Positions 38,201 through 48,646 of a stretch of 64,000 bases of DNA are shown one piece after another. The stretch covers positions 4,305 through 68,304 of the forward strand of contig JBNAVN010000005.1 of NCBI GenBank assembly GCA_049700315.1. Reading direction: 5' to 3'. Position 1 is the first letter of the stretch; the number at the start of each line of letters is the position of its first letter. A program made the translations under genes and the position numbers. The notes under the pieces were generated by a model that did not search any database, was not told the DNA's origin, and saw only the letters and a list, made by a program, of their open reading frames with translations. This DNA comes from a bacterium (GTDB taxonomy: Bacteria > Hydrothermota > Tepidihabitantia > SM23-42 > JAOAFX01).

Positions 38201-40954
38201 ATGAAGAAATTGGTTTATAATTTTGGTGGGAAAAAGGCTGATGGTTCAGCCAGGGATAAGAATCTACTTGGCGGCAAGGGTGCAAATCTTGCTGAGATGA
38301 CAAATCTTGGTGTCCGGGTACCACCTGGTTTTACTATTACCACTGAGGTTTGTAACTATTACTACAAAAACAAAAAACAATTGCCAAAGGCATTGAAGAC
38401 ATACGTGAATCAGGCAATAAAAAGGATTGAAGGCATTATCGGCAAGAAATTTGGCGATCCAGGAAATCCCCTTCTCGTTTCAGTTCGATCTGGTGCACGC
38501 GCATCAATGCCCGGAATGATGGAGACTGTCTTGAACATTGGTCTGACTGAAAAAACCATATCTGGATTGATAAAACAGAGCGGCGGAAATGAAAGGTTCG
38601 CTTATGATTCATACAGAAGATTGATAATGATGTATTCAGATGTTGTGATGGAAAAGGCGGCCGGCATAGAACCAAAGGATGAAAATTCAGGGATTAGAAG
38701 ACAGCTTGAAGAAATAATGGATGAAATGAAAAAGAAAAAAGGATATAAGAATGATACGGAGCTGACTACAGAAGACCTGAAAGAACTCTGCAAATTGTTC
38801 AAGGAAAAGGTCAAAGAAATATTAGGAAAAGAATTTCCTGATGACCATAATGAACAACTCTGGGGTGGAATTAAGGCGGTATTTGCTTCCTGGAATGGAA
38901 AGAGGGCGATTGCATACAGAAGGATAGAAGGAATTCCTGAAGACTGGGGCACTGCTTGTAATGTTCAGGCAATGGTTTTTGGCAATATGGGTGAGGATTC
39001 AGCAACCGGTGTGGGATTCACAAGAAATCCAGGTAATGGAGAAAACCAATTCTATGGTGAATATCTAATAAATGCCCAGGGTGAGGATGTGGTTGCAGGA
39101 ATAAGAACCCCTGCTCCAGTGAATGAATATTCAAAGAGTGAACATAACAAAAACTTGGTTTCGTTGGAAAAGGCAATGCCAGAAGTCTACAATGAACTTT
39201 TCCAATATCAGAAAAAACTTGAGCGTCATTATCGGGATATGCTTGATATTGAATTTACGATTGAACGTGGAATATTGTATATGCTACAATGCAGGGTTGG
39301 TAAACGTAATGGCCCTGCCGCTGTGAAGATGGCAGTTGATATGATGAAGGAAAAGCTGATTACAAAGGAAGAGGCAGTAATGCGGGTTACTCCTTCGCAG
39401 CTTGATGAACTGTTGCACCCGATGATTGATCCAAAGGCTGAAATCAATGCCCGACCAATTGCGCGCGGCTTACCCGCTGGTCCAGGTGGAGCGAATGGCC
39501 AGATTGTATTCGCATCTAAGGATGCGGTTGAATGGTCAAAGCAGGGTAAAAAAGTGATTCTGGTGCGTGAGGAGACAAATCCTGAAGATGTGGACGGTAT
39601 GCGTGCTGCGCAGGCAATCCTTACTGCCCGTGGTGGTATGACTTCACATGCTGCACTTGTTGCCCGGGGCTGGGGTAAATGCTGTATAGTAGGTTGTGGC
39701 GCATTACAGGTTGACTATGATGAAAAATTACTAAGAATTGGTTCCAGGGTTTTTAAAGAGGGTGATTGGCTAACACTCAATGGCACAAAGGGTAATGTGT
39801 ATGAAGGGCAATTGCCTATGCTTGCATCCGCAGAAGAGAATGTTTTGCTTCAGAAATTCTTGAAAATATGTGACTCAGTCAAACGCTTGGGTATCAGGGC
39901 AAATGCGGATACCCCAACAGATGCGCAAAGGGCAAGAAAATTTGGTGCCCATGGTATTGGACTTATGCGTACTGAGCATATGTTTTATGGAAAAGGATCA
40001 GACCAACCTCTTTTCCTGTTGCGCAAAATGATTGTATCAAAGAATGAGCAAGAAAGACGTACTGCCCTTGATGAATTGTTTCCTTATGTGAAAAAGGATA
40101 TGAAGGGAGTGCTTGAGGCAATGGATGGTTATCCAGTTGTTATCAGACTCCTTGACCCACCGCTTCATGAATTTGTTCCAAATGAAGCTGAAAAAAGAGA
40201 GAAACTTGCCAGGGAATTGAATATTACGCTGGAAGAACTGAACGAACGTGCTGATAACTTGCATGAATCAAACCCAATGATGGGACACCGTGGAGTAAGA
40301 CTTGGAATTACCTATCCAGAGGTTAGTGAAATGCAGATTAGGGCAATATTTGAGGCGGCCGCAGAATTGATAAAAGAAGGTAAAAATCCCTATCCTGAAA
40401 TAATGGTGCCGGTGGTTTGTGAGGTTAATGAACTAAGAGACCAGGTTGTGATTGTTGAGCGTGTTTACAAAGAAGTTCTCCAGAAATTTGGATTGAAGAA
40501 GATAAAGTATATGTATGGAACGATGATTGAGATTCCGCGTGCCTGCTTTGTTGCCAATGAAATTGCCCAGGTTGCCCAGTTCTTTTCTTATGGCACAAAT
40601 GACCTGACACAGATGGGATTTGGATTTTCCCGTGATGATATTGGTGGATTTTTGCCCGATTATCTAAAGAAAAAGATTCTGCCTGGTGATCCATTCCAGT
40701 CTGTTGATGTAAAAGGAATTGGTGAATTGATAAAGATAGGAATTGAGCGTGGTAGGAAAACAAGGGTTGACTTAGAAGTTGGAATCTGCGGCGAACATGG
40801 TGGAGAACCGAATTCAATTCATTTCTGCCATAAGGTTGGTATGGATTATGTTTCCTGTTCACCATTCAGGGTTCCGATTGCCCGTCTTTCAGCAGCCCAG
40901 GCAAATGTGATGTTCAAAGCTGAAAAAACAAAGAAATCCAGAAAGAAAAAATAA
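38201..40954 (+). CDS. ppdK: Pyruvate, phosphate dikinase
   Basis: LLGGKGANL, SVRSGA, GGMTSHAA phospho-His, NPMMGHRG, GTNDLTQ, GEHGG. Confidence 0.97.
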   Translation: MKKLVYNFGGKKADGSARDKNLLGGKGANLAEMTNLGVRVPPGFTITTEVCNYYYKNKKQLPKALKTYVNQAIKRIEGIIGKKFGDPGNPLLVSVRSGARASMPGMMETVLNIGLTEKTISGLIKQSGGNERFAYDSYRRLIMMYSDVVMEKAAGIEPKDENSGIRRQLEEIMDEMKKKKGYKNDTELTTEDLKELCKLFKEKVKEILGKEFPDDHNEQLWGGIKAVFASWNGKRAIAYRRIEGIPEDWGTACNVQAMVFGNMGEDSATGVGFTRNPGNGENQFYGEYLINAQGEDVVAGIRTPAPVNEYSKSEHNKNLVSLEKAMPEVYNELFQYQKKLERHYRDMLDIEFTIERGILYMLQCRVGKRNGPAAVKMAVDMMKEKLITKEEAVMRVTPSQLDELLHPMIDPKAEINARPIARGLPAGPGGANGQIVFASKDAVEWSKQGKKVILVREETNPEDVDGMRAAQAILTARGGMTSHAALVARGWGKCCIVGCGALQVDYDEKLLRIGSRVFKEGDWLTLNGTKGNVYEGQLPMLASAEENVLLQKFLKICDSVKRLGIRANADTPTDAQRARKFGAHGIGLMRTEHMFYGKGSDQPLFLLRKMIVSKNEQERRTALDELFPYVKKDMKGVLEAMDGYPVVIRLLDPPLHEFVPNEAEKREKLARELNITLEELNERADNLHESNPMMGHRGVRLGITYPEVSEMQIRAIFEAAAELIKEGKNPYPEIMVPVVCEVNELRDQVVIVERVYKEVLQKFGLKKIKYMYGTMIEIPRACFVANEIAQVAQFFSYGTNDLTQMGFGFSRDDIGGFLPDYLKKKILPGDPFQSVDVKGIGELIKIGIERGRKTRVDLEVGICGEHGGEPNSIHFCHKVGMDYVSCSPFRVPIARLSAAQANVMFKAEKTKKSRKKK

Positions 40955-40959
40955 GAATT

Positions 40960-41017
40960 GTAGTGCCTGATTTATCAGGCAAAAATCCTTTTTTGTAGTT
41001 GCCCAATTTATTGGGCA
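40960..41017 (+). repeat. Tandem pair of REP-like palindromes, class 2
   Basis: GTAG-TGCCTGA-TTTA-TCAGGCA (40960-40981) and GTAG-TTGCCCAA-TTTA-TTGGGCA (40995-41017). Confidence 0.7.
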
Positions 41018-41036
41018 GATTAATGGAAAAGAATTA

Positions 41037-41678
41037 TTAGAATCCCAGGATATCGTTTACGAGTAGGACAGTGATATTTGTGTGCCAGGGTCTAAATTGA
41101 ACAATTGATATCACCCTGCAGATCCTGCCTTTAACATTACAATCTATGCACACACCGGTATTAACACAGGGTGTTTTCGCACTCACCCTCTTTGCGTTCA
41201 TCACTGCTGCAATCTCTTTGCTCCTTTTAATACCGTCATGGATGGATGGAACAATTTTGTTATATCCTGCGATTATGTAAACATTATCAGGTCCATAAAT
41301 CATTGCAGCGATGCGATTTCCTATCCCATCAATATTTATTATATCACCATTCTTCGTGATTGCATTTGCACTCGTCAAATAATAATCCGCAAGCATCTCT
41401 TTCTTTCTCACTTCCTTATCAGTCTCTTCAGTCAATCCTTTCTGCCAGTGGTGAACCACTTTATTACCACGCTGTTCCAATCTTTCTATAATTCCAATCT
41501 CCCTTATCGTCATTGAACCACCGATGCCAATGCTTGCTTCGGGAGGTATTGATTTTAATAGGTATTCATTAAGCTTATCAATTGTTTGAAAATACTCGGC
41601 ATTAAAATCTCTTTTTTTCAAGGCGTCAACCACCCTTAATAAAATTTTTTCCTGATGCCACTTCTTCACTTCATCCAT
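41037..41678 (-). CDS. LUD domain (LutC/YkgG-like) protein
   Basis: GIGGSMT, SANAIT..G..NIDGIGNR, GYNKIV, TPC..TG.C.DC; TTGACT-16-TATAAT promoter at 41684-41711, 5 nt before the ATG. Confidence 0.85.
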   Translation of the reverse strand: MDEVKKWHQEKILLRVVDALKKRDFNAEYFQTIDKLNEYLLKSIPPEASIGIGGSMTIREIGIIERLEQRGNKVVHHWQKGLTEETDKEVRKKEMLADYYLTSANAITKNGDIINIDGIGNRIAAMIYGPDNVYIIAGYNKIVPSIHDGIKRSKEIAAVMNAKRVSAKTPCVNTGVCIDCNVKGRICRVISIVQFRPWHTNITVLLVNDILGF

Positions 41679-41735
41679 GGTGAATTATACATAATTTGGT
41701 TTTAAAGTCAATCATTCAGGTATGTGTTTGTTTTT

Positions 41736-41761
41736 CTGTGTGAGCGGTTTTCAACCGCGAT
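41736..41761 (+). repeat. REP-like palindrome, class 1, copy 3
   Basis: CTGTGTGAGCGGTT-TTC-AACCGCGAT. Confidence 0.6.
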
Positions 41762-41876
41762 AGTAGTCAACGGGTGTTGCACTCCAACAATAAGAAAGCG
41801 CATGGTCATAAGGTAATTGGCATAATTCGACGAAAGCGCATTAAGACTGAGGAAAAGGGGGTATTTTTTCTTTCAG

Positions 41877-41904
41877 TTGACACCGCATAATAATTGGATA
41901 TAAT
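41877..41904 (+). promoter_or_regulatory. Promoter of pdxJ-secDF-pgpA (likely leaderless)
   Basis: TTGACA-16-TATAAT, 5 nt before the ATG. Confidence 0.8.
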
Positions 41905-41909
41905 ACCCA

Positions 41910-42620
41910 ATGGAACTTTCGGTTAATATTGACCATATTGCGACACTTCGTGAAGCAAGAAAAGAGAAATTTCCTGACCCGGTTTTTGCCGCTGTGGAAG
42001 CAGAACTGGGTGGTGCAGATGGTATTACAGTCCATTTAAGAGGTGATAGAAGACACATTAAAGAAAGAGATTTGAGATTACTGAGAGAAATCATAAAAAC
42101 CGAATTAAATCTTGAAATGGCGGGTACTGATGAAATGCTAAAGATTGCTTGTTCATTAAAACCTGATCGCGTTACATTGGTGCCTGAATCACCAGGGGAA
42201 GTGACGACCCAGGGTGGATTGAACTTGATAAGCTTCAAAGGTAATCTGGCTGGTTTTATCAAGAAGCTAAATGACACCGGCATCAGGGCAGGTGTATTTA
42301 TTGATCCTGATATTGCTCAAATCAATGAAGCATTAAAAGTCGGTGCAGAATACATTGAGATAAATACAAACGAATATTCAAAAAATCCCCAGAATAAAAA
42401 TGAGATTGAAAAAATATATGAGATAGCAGAGAAGGCAAAAGAATCAAACCTTTTGGTCCATGCAGGCCATGGCATTGATTACAAAAATATTGTTAAGTTG
42501 CTTGAGATAAAAGAAATAACCGGGTACTCAATTGGTTTTTCAATTGTTGCTCGTGCAGTGTTTGTTGGTTTGCGTCAGGCAACTGAAGAAATGGTGAAGA
42601 TAATAAAAGGAGTGAAATGA
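41910..42620 (+). CDS. pdxJ: Pyridoxine 5'-phosphate synthase
   Basis: VNIDHIATLREAR, HLRGDRRHI, NLEMA, TTQGG, HAGHG. Confidence 0.95.
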   Translation: MELSVNIDHIATLREARKEKFPDPVFAAVEAELGGADGITVHLRGDRRHIKERDLRLLREIIKTELNLEMAGTDEMLKIACSLKPDRVTLVPESPGEVTTQGGLNLISFKGNLAGFIKKLNDTGIRAGVFIDPDIAQINEALKVGAEYIEINTNEYSKNPQNKNEIEKIYEIAEKAKESNLLVHAGHGIDYKNIVKLLEIKEITGYSIGFSIVARAVFVGLRQATEEMVKIIKGVK

Positions 42621-44128
42621 AGAATATAGGATTGAAAATGGCGATTGTCATCATCCTTATTGCGGTTGGACTTTATACACTATATCCGAGTCTCAGACTT
42701 TATACTACAAAAGACCTATCCAAAGAAGAAGAAAATAGTTTGATGAGACGGGCAATCCACCTTGGACTTGATTTAAAAGGTGGAATGCATCTTGTGCTTG
42801 AGGTTGATACAACTGGTTTGAAGGAAAAACCATCAGACCTTCGGGATAGGGCATTGGAAATTGTTAAGAATCGTATTGATGAGTTTGGTGTATTTGAGCC
42901 AACCATAGAGAAACAGGGTAATTCGCGGATACTTGTACAATTGCCCGGTGTGGATAGAGAAAGGGCACTTAATCTTATTCGCAAGGTTGCCCATCTTGAG
43001 TTCAAGATTGTCAGTGATAAGACTCAGGATGTGATAAAGAATATTGACAAATATCTTGCCAAGAGTGATACACTTGGTTTTGAAGAACCCTTCAGTTCAT
43101 ACCTGTTTGGTGTGGAAGGAGACATTGGTTTTGATATTAGAGATGAAGATTCATTAAGAGCATTGATTGCTCAGGCAGAGGCAGTGATACCTCAGGATTT
43201 GCAGTTTCTTTTTGGTTCTAAGGAACTGTATCAAGGCAAAGAGGTGAAGCGCCTTTACCTTCTTAAAAGGGAACCTGAGTTGACCGGTGAGACAATTCGT
43301 GATGCTACACATAGGCCATACCAGGGGGCTGAACTTCAATATACAGGGGCCTGGATGATTGAACTTGAATTCAAGAGAGAAGCGGCTCGGCTTTTTGCTT
43401 CTGTCACGGGCAAAAACATTGGTAAGAGACTGGCAATTGTGCTGGATGATATTGTTCAGTCCGCACCATACATAAGAGAAAGAATTCCCCAGGGCAAGGC
43501 AGTTATTACTGGCAATTTTAAGGCTGAAGAAGCAAGAGACCTCGCAATTGTTTTGAGGGCAGGTGCATTGCCTGCACCACTTAAGATCGCCGAGGAACGT
43601 TCTGTGGGTCCCTCACTTGGAAAGGATTCAATCATCAGTGGAATCCGCGCATCACTCATTGGTGCACTCTTTGTGGTTTTATTCATGCTTATCTATTACT
43701 CTCTGACCGGCCTGGTTGCAAATTTTACCCTTATCCTGAATGTCATACTGCTCGTTGGTGTTCTATCTGCATTTGGTGGAACCCTAACAATGCCTGGTAT
43801 TGCAGGCATAGCCCTTACCATTGCTATGTCAGTTGATGCGAATATTCTTATCTTTGAAAGAATAAGAGAAGAATTGCATATTGGCAAAACTGTGCGGACT
43901 GCAATTGATCAAGGATTCAGTCGTGCATGGCTTGCAATATTTGATTCCAATGTTACAACGATCATTACTGGCATTGTGCTATACATATTTGGTACGGGTC
44001 CAATAAGGGGCTTCGCCCTAACCCTTATCATCGGTTTGATTGCAAATCTGATCTGTGCGGTGTTTGTGACGAAAGCTATACTTGACTATTTTACATTGAA
44101 ATTTGAAGTAACAAAGTTGAGGATATAA
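42617..44128 (+). CDS. secD: Protein translocase subunit SecD
   Basis: LGLDLKGG, RIDEFGV.EP, LRAGALPAP, VGPSLG, VDANILIFERIREE. Confidence 0.96.
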   Translation: MKNIGLKMAIVIILIAVGLYTLYPSLRLYTTKDLSKEEENSLMRRAIHLGLDLKGGMHLVLEVDTTGLKEKPSDLRDRALEIVKNRIDEFGVFEPTIEKQGNSRILVQLPGVDRERALNLIRKVAHLEFKIVSDKTQDVIKNIDKYLAKSDTLGFEEPFSSYLFGVEGDIGFDIRDEDSLRALIAQAEAVIPQDLQFLFGSKELYQGKEVKRLYLLKREPELTGETIRDATHRPYQGAELQYTGAWMIELEFKREAARLFASVTGKNIGKRLAIVLDDIVQSAPYIRERIPQGKAVITGNFKAEEARDLAIVLRAGALPAPLKIAEERSVGPSLGKDSIISGIRASLIGALFVVLFMLIYYSLTGLVANFTLILNVILLVGVLSAFGGTLTMPGIAGIALTIAMSVDANILIFERIREELHIGKTVRTAIDQGFSRAWLAIFDSNVTTIITGIVLYIFGTGPIRGFALTLIIGLIANLICAVFVTKAILDYFTLKFEVTKLRI

Positions 44129-44130
44129 AT

Positions 44131-45027
44131 ATGGAACTGATAAAAAATCCTAATCTACCTTTCATGTCCTGGCGAAAATATGGCTTCATTTTCTCAGGTG
44201 TGCTTGTGGTTATTGCACTTTTGTTGATCTTTGTAAAAGGACCGAAACTTGGTGTTGATTTTTCAGGCGGCGCTCTTGTCTGGGTGAAATTTGAAAGATC
44301 AATAGAGGTGAGTGATGTTCGTTCTTCCCTTGCAAGGATTGGGCAGGAACAGGCATCAATCCAGAGGTTGTCTGGCACAAACGAATTTGTTGTCCGTTCA
44401 GTGACCAGGACTGATCCCGATGCATTCGCCAATGCTATCATTGCTCAACTGCGGAAAGATTTTGCTGACAATCCATTGGATCTACGGGCGAAGGAAACTG
44501 TGGAACCAAAGATCAGTCAGGAGCTTACAAGAAATACAATAATCGGCGTCCTTGTAGCGCTCTTTCTAATGGGTATATATATCTGGTTCAGATTTGATTT
44601 CCGTTTTGGCGTTGCCTCAGTGATTTCAATATTTCACGATGTGCTGATTACGACTGGTGCACTGATTCTTACTGGCAGAGAATTTACCATTGTTGTTGTT
44701 GGTGCGCTTCTAACAATCGTGGGGTATTCAATAAATGATACAATTGTTATATCAGACCGGGTTCGTGAGAATCGCAAAAAAGTGAGAGGTATACCTTTCA
44801 TTGATTTGATTAATACGAGTATCAATGAAACATTCTCACGAACAATCCTCACAGGCTCGTTTGTCATTGTGACTCTTTTCTGTCTGTTATTTCTTGGTGG
44901 ACCAGTGATTGCAGATTTCGCCTTTACTCTTATCGTGGGTCTAATATTTGGGACTTACTCATCTACATTTGTTGTCTGTGCCCTTGTTTCTGAGTGGGAA
45001 ACAAAAATTCCCCAGAAACGAAAATAG
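44131..45027 (+). CDS. secF: Protein translocase subunit SecF
   Basis: GVDFSGG, HDV, GYSINDTIVISDRVRE, TFSRT, GTYSS. Confidence 0.96.
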   Translation: MELIKNPNLPFMSWRKYGFIFSGVLVVIALLLIFVKGPKLGVDFSGGALVWVKFERSIEVSDVRSSLARIGQEQASIQRLSGTNEFVVRSVTRTDPDAFANAIIAQLRKDFADNPLDLRAKETVEPKISQELTRNTIIGVLVALFLMGIYIWFRFDFRFGVASVISIFHDVLITTGALILTGREFTIVVVGALLTIVGYSINDTIVISDRVRENRKKVRGIPFIDLINTSINETFSRTILTGSFVIVTLFCLLFLGGPVIADFAFTLIVGLIFGTYSSTFVVCALVSEWETKIPQKRK

Positions 45028-45052
45028 AGCAGCCTGAATAGAATTATCAGGA

Positions 45053-45538
45053 GTGCATCAGCTTGCTGATGCATTTTATCAGAATTATATGATCAGAATA
45101 CTAAAAATGGGGTTCATAACTGGTTTAGGTACAGGTTATGTACCCATCGCGCCCGCTACATTTGCCTGTTTTATCGGCATCGTGCTATGGTACTTTTTGG
45201 TTGATTTTCCATTTATCTATTGGGCAGTTTTTCTAACGCTGTTTATCTGGGGTCTGACAATCAGCCAGGAATTTGTGAAAGAGTGGGGTAAAGATCCGAG
45301 AAAAATTGTTGTTGATGAATATGCTGCAATCCTTATTCCACTTTATTTTGTTCCTAAAAAGATATTGCCGCTTTGCATTGCATTTGTTTTGTTCAGGGTT
45401 TTTGATGTGATAAAACCACCGCCATTAAGGCAATTAGAAAAACTTTCCGGTGCCTGGGGTATTATGTTTGATGACGTAGGAGCAGCGGTATATACGACAA
45501 TAATAGTAATCATAATACGGTTCTTCTTTATTATTTAA
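45053..45538 (+). CDS. pgpA: Phosphatidylglycerophosphatase A
   Basis: KDPRKIVVDE, FRVFDVIKP, GIMFDD; the start may be ATG 45089. Confidence 0.9.
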   Translation: MHQLADAFYQNYMIRILKMGFITGLGTGYVPIAPATFACFIGIVLWYFLVDFPFIYWAVFLTLFIWGLTISQEFVKEWGKDPRKIVVDEYAAILIPLYFVPKKILPLCIAFVLFRVFDVIKPPPLRQLEKLSGAWGIMFDDVGAAVYTTIIVIIIRFFFII

Positions 45539-45567
45539 CTGTATTTACTCATTTCATTAAGTGAATT

Positions 45568-46734
45568 TTATTCAAAGTTGCCTGATAAACATTTTCTCAT
45601 TATCTCAAAAACCTTCTCAATCTCCTCTTCTGTATTATAAAAATGTGGTGAAAACCTCAGACAATTGTTACGCAATGATATAATGATCTGATTCTTAACC
45701 AAATATTGATATATCTTTCTGGGGTTTTCTGGTTTTACAGTAATAATGCCTGACTGTGGTTCTTTTTCTGGTGTAATTATGGGAATTTTTAATTTTTTGA
45801 ACCCTTCCCTCAATTCTCTCTTTAATTTCAATATTCTTTTTTCAACATTTTTCATTCCTAATTCAAGCAGAATTTTTATATTTTCCGTGAGCGCGCTTAT
45901 GCCAATCACATTTCTTGTCCCCATTTCAAACATCCGCGCATCATCAAAGAGCGGGGGAGAGACTTCAAAATTTTCAAAGCTCTTCCAATCAACACCAAGC
46001 CAACCAGTATGAAGTTTTTTCAGATTTTTGAAATTCTTTTTATTTATATACAAAAATCCTGTACCTCCTGGACCAAACAGCCACTTGCCCCCGCCTGTAG
46101 AGAGAAAATCTACTTGTGTCATTTTTGTATCAAATGCTACAGCACCGATTGACTGAATAGCATCAACGATGAGATAAATTCCTTTGCTACTTAGAAACTT
46201 TGATAAAATTGCCAAATCAATCATTTCGCCAGTAAAGAATTGTGTATGATCAAGAACTACAGCGCGGGTTCTTTTGTTTAAGTATCTTTTGATTGCCATA
46301 ACCGGATTCTTGCCACAGAGTTTAACATAGATTTTCTTAACTTCCGGAAGGTTATATTGAACAACATAATGGACAGCAGGGAAGACCTCTGACATTACAA
46401 TTATTTCATCGCCTCTTGTGAATGGTAGATTGATAAGGGCGATGTAAATACCCTCAGAGGTATTATGAGTAAAGACAATTTCTTCAGGTCCAGCATTTAT
46501 CAGGTCTGCAAATGCTTTACGGCTTTTTCTTAATTTTTCAAAATAAGATTTGAAATCGTATTCTGCCTGGCTCTGGTATGTCATTATACATTGTTCAATT
46601 GCCATTTTTGCCCGCATACTCATCGGACCTGTTCCTGCATGATTCAAATAAATTGTTCTATTCGTAATCGGAAACAGCTTTCTGAATTCCTTTATTTTCT
46701 TGTCTTCATCTGTATAAGGTTGCAAAGACTTCAT
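45568..46734 (-). CDS. Class V PLP-dependent aminotransferase / desulfurase-like enzyme
   Basis: YLNHAG, NTSEG, DAIQSIG, GKWLFGP (PLP lysine), FEMGT, RFSPHFYN. Confidence 0.88.
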   Translation of the reverse strand: MKSLQPYTDEDKKIKEFRKLFPITNRTIYLNHAGTGPMSMRAKMAIEQCIMTYQSQAEYDFKSYFEKLRKSRKAFADLINAGPEEIVFTHNTSEGIYIALINLPFTRGDEIIVMSEVFPAVHYVVQYNLPEVKKIYVKLCGKNPVMAIKRYLNKRTRAVVLDHTQFFTGEMIDLAILSKFLSSKGIYLIVDAIQSIGAVAFDTKMTQVDFLSTGGGKWLFGPGGTGFLYINKKNFKNLKKLHTGWLGVDWKSFENFEVSPPLFDDARMFEMGTRNVIGISALTENIKILLELGMKNVEKRILKLKRELREGFKKLKIPIITPEKEPQSGIITVKPENPRKIYQYLVKNQIIISLRNNCLRFSPHFYNTEEEIEKVFEIMRKCLSGNFE

Positions 46735-48640
46735 GAGGTATCTCCTTTAAGAATGGGGAAGGTGTTGTAAAAATAAAATTACCCTGGTAGGTCTTGCGCC
46801 TGCTTGCAGTGGTAATAAACAATTTTCTTTTTGCCCTTGTTATACCTACATACAGCAATCTTCTTTCTTCTTCATACCTTCCTTCTTCTCGGGATCTGTA
46901 ATGGGGTATTATTCCATCCTCAAGTCCGGTTATAAACACCGCTTCAAACTCCAGTCCTTTTGCATTGTGGAGTGTCATCAGGGAAACCTTTTCATTTGAC
47001 CAATCATCAATATCACTACGCAAAGATACACCTTCCAGATAATCCTGGATTGAGGCATTTGGATTATTTTTTACATAATCATTGATAGAAATCAGCAACT
47101 CTTCCACATTTTTACGACGGTCAATTTCTTCTTCGGTCTGTTTTCTTCTGAGTAGTTCAAGATATCCGGATTCATGGGCAATGCGCAGGGCAAGATCGTA
47201 GAGATTTAACTTTTTGTTCATTTTCATGAATCCTTCAAGCATTTTCACAAATGATTTTATGCCTTCTGCACTCCGTGCTACCAATCCCTTAATCTCTGAG
47301 ATTCTTCTTAACGCCTCAAAAAGCGTGATGTTCTGCTCTTTTTGAAAACTTACTATCTTATCAAGAGTTTCCTTGCCAATACTTCGGGCAGGAAGGTTTA
47401 CTATTCTTCTCAGGCTTATTGAATCATTGGGATTATTGATCACCCTGAGATACGCAAGCATATTCTTTATCTCTGCCCGTTCATAAAATTTTAGTGCGCC
47501 AACCACTTCATAAGGAATTTTGTTTCGCGCCAGACATTCTTCAAAAATTCTTGATTGGTAATTTAACCGATAGAAAACAGCAATATTATTGTATTCCCTG
47601 CCTTGATAATGTTCCTCATAAATTTTCTGAGCAACATATTCTGCCTCTTCTTTATCGTTCTCTGCATCATAATATTCTATTGGCTCACCTGTTTCATTTT
47701 CACACCAGAGTACCTTTTTCTTGCGTTCCCGATTGTTCTTGACAACCTCAGATGCTGCCTGTAATATGATTTTCGTTGAACGATAGTTCTGTTCAAGTTT
47801 TATTACCTTGGCCTCAGGGTAATCTTTTTCAAAATCAAGAATATTTCTTATTTCCGCACCGCGCCAGGAATAGATAGACTGGTCGTCATCGCCGACTACG
47901 CACAGATTGCGGTATTTCCCCGCAAGCAATTTTGTGAATTCATACTGGGCGCGATTTGTATCCTGATATTCATCAACCATAATATACCTAAATTTTTCCT
48001 GATAATGTTCAAGAATTTCTGGTTTTTTTCTGAAGAGTTCAACAGTCTTTAAAATCAAGTCATCAAAATCGAGGGCATTGAATTCTTTCAATCGTTGATT
48101 ATACAATTTATAGACGGTCTTAATTATATTTGCATAGGGATTATAACTACTGGTTCGGTATTCATCAGGAGAAATCAAATTCTCCTTTGCACGATTTATG
48201 CACTGAAGGATGAAATCAGGTTTCAATTCTCTGATGTCCAGTTGCAATTCTTTCAAACACTCTTTTGTTAAAGATAACTGGTCTGCTTCATCATAGATTG
48301 TAAAATTTGAAGGAATTGCCAGATGGTGTGATTCTTTACGAAGAATTCTTGCACATGTTGAATGGTATGTTCTTACCCAGACATCTGGTTCTTCACTGTT
48401 CAGAAGGTTGCACACCCTTTGTTTCATTTCATCCGCAGCTTTGTTTGTAAATGTAACAGCAAGGATGTTTCTGGGATTTATTCCTTTTGAAATTAGATAT
48501 GCTATGCGATAGGTGATGACACGGGTCTTACCACTACCTGCACCGGCAAGAATGAGTATGGGACCATCAATTATCTGTACTGCCTTCCATTGTTCAGGAT
48601 TGAGTTCTTCTTCAAAATTAGTTATTCTGCTTGTTAACAT
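46706..48640 (-). CDS. pcrA: UvrD/PcrA superfamily 1 DNA helicase
   Basis: AGAGSGKT, VDEYQD, VGDDDQSIY, LEQNYRS, TLHNAKGLEF, EERRLLYVGITRA. Confidence 0.93.
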   Translation of the reverse strand: MLTSRITNFEEELNPEQWKAVQIIDGPILILAGAGSGKTRVITYRIAYLISKGINPRNILAVTFTNKAADEMKQRVCNLLNSEEPDVWVRTYHSTCARILRKESHHLAIPSNFTIYDEADQLSLTKECLKELQLDIRELKPDFILQCINRAKENLISPDEYRTSSYNPYANIIKTVYKLYNQRLKEFNALDFDDLILKTVELFRKKPEILEHYQEKFRYIMVDEYQDTNRAQYEFTKLLAGKYRNLCVVGDDDQSIYSWRGAEIRNILDFEKDYPEAKVIKLEQNYRSTKIILQAASEVVKNNRERKKKVLWCENETGEPIEYYDAENDKEEAEYVAQKIYEEHYQGREYNNIAVFYRLNYQSRIFEECLARNKIPYEVVGALKFYERAEIKNMLAYLRVINNPNDSISLRRIVNLPARSIGKETLDKIVSFQKEQNITLFEALRRISEIKGLVARSAEGIKSFVKMLEGFMKMNKKLNLYDLALRIAHESGYLELLRRKQTEEEIDRRKNVEELLISINDYVKNNPNASIQDYLEGVSLRSDIDDWSNEKVSLMTLHNAKGLEFEAVFITGLEDGIIPHYRSREEGRYEEERRLLYVGITRAKRKLFITTASRRKTYQGNFIFTTPSPFLKEIPHEVFATLYR

Positions 48641-48646
48641 AGAACT

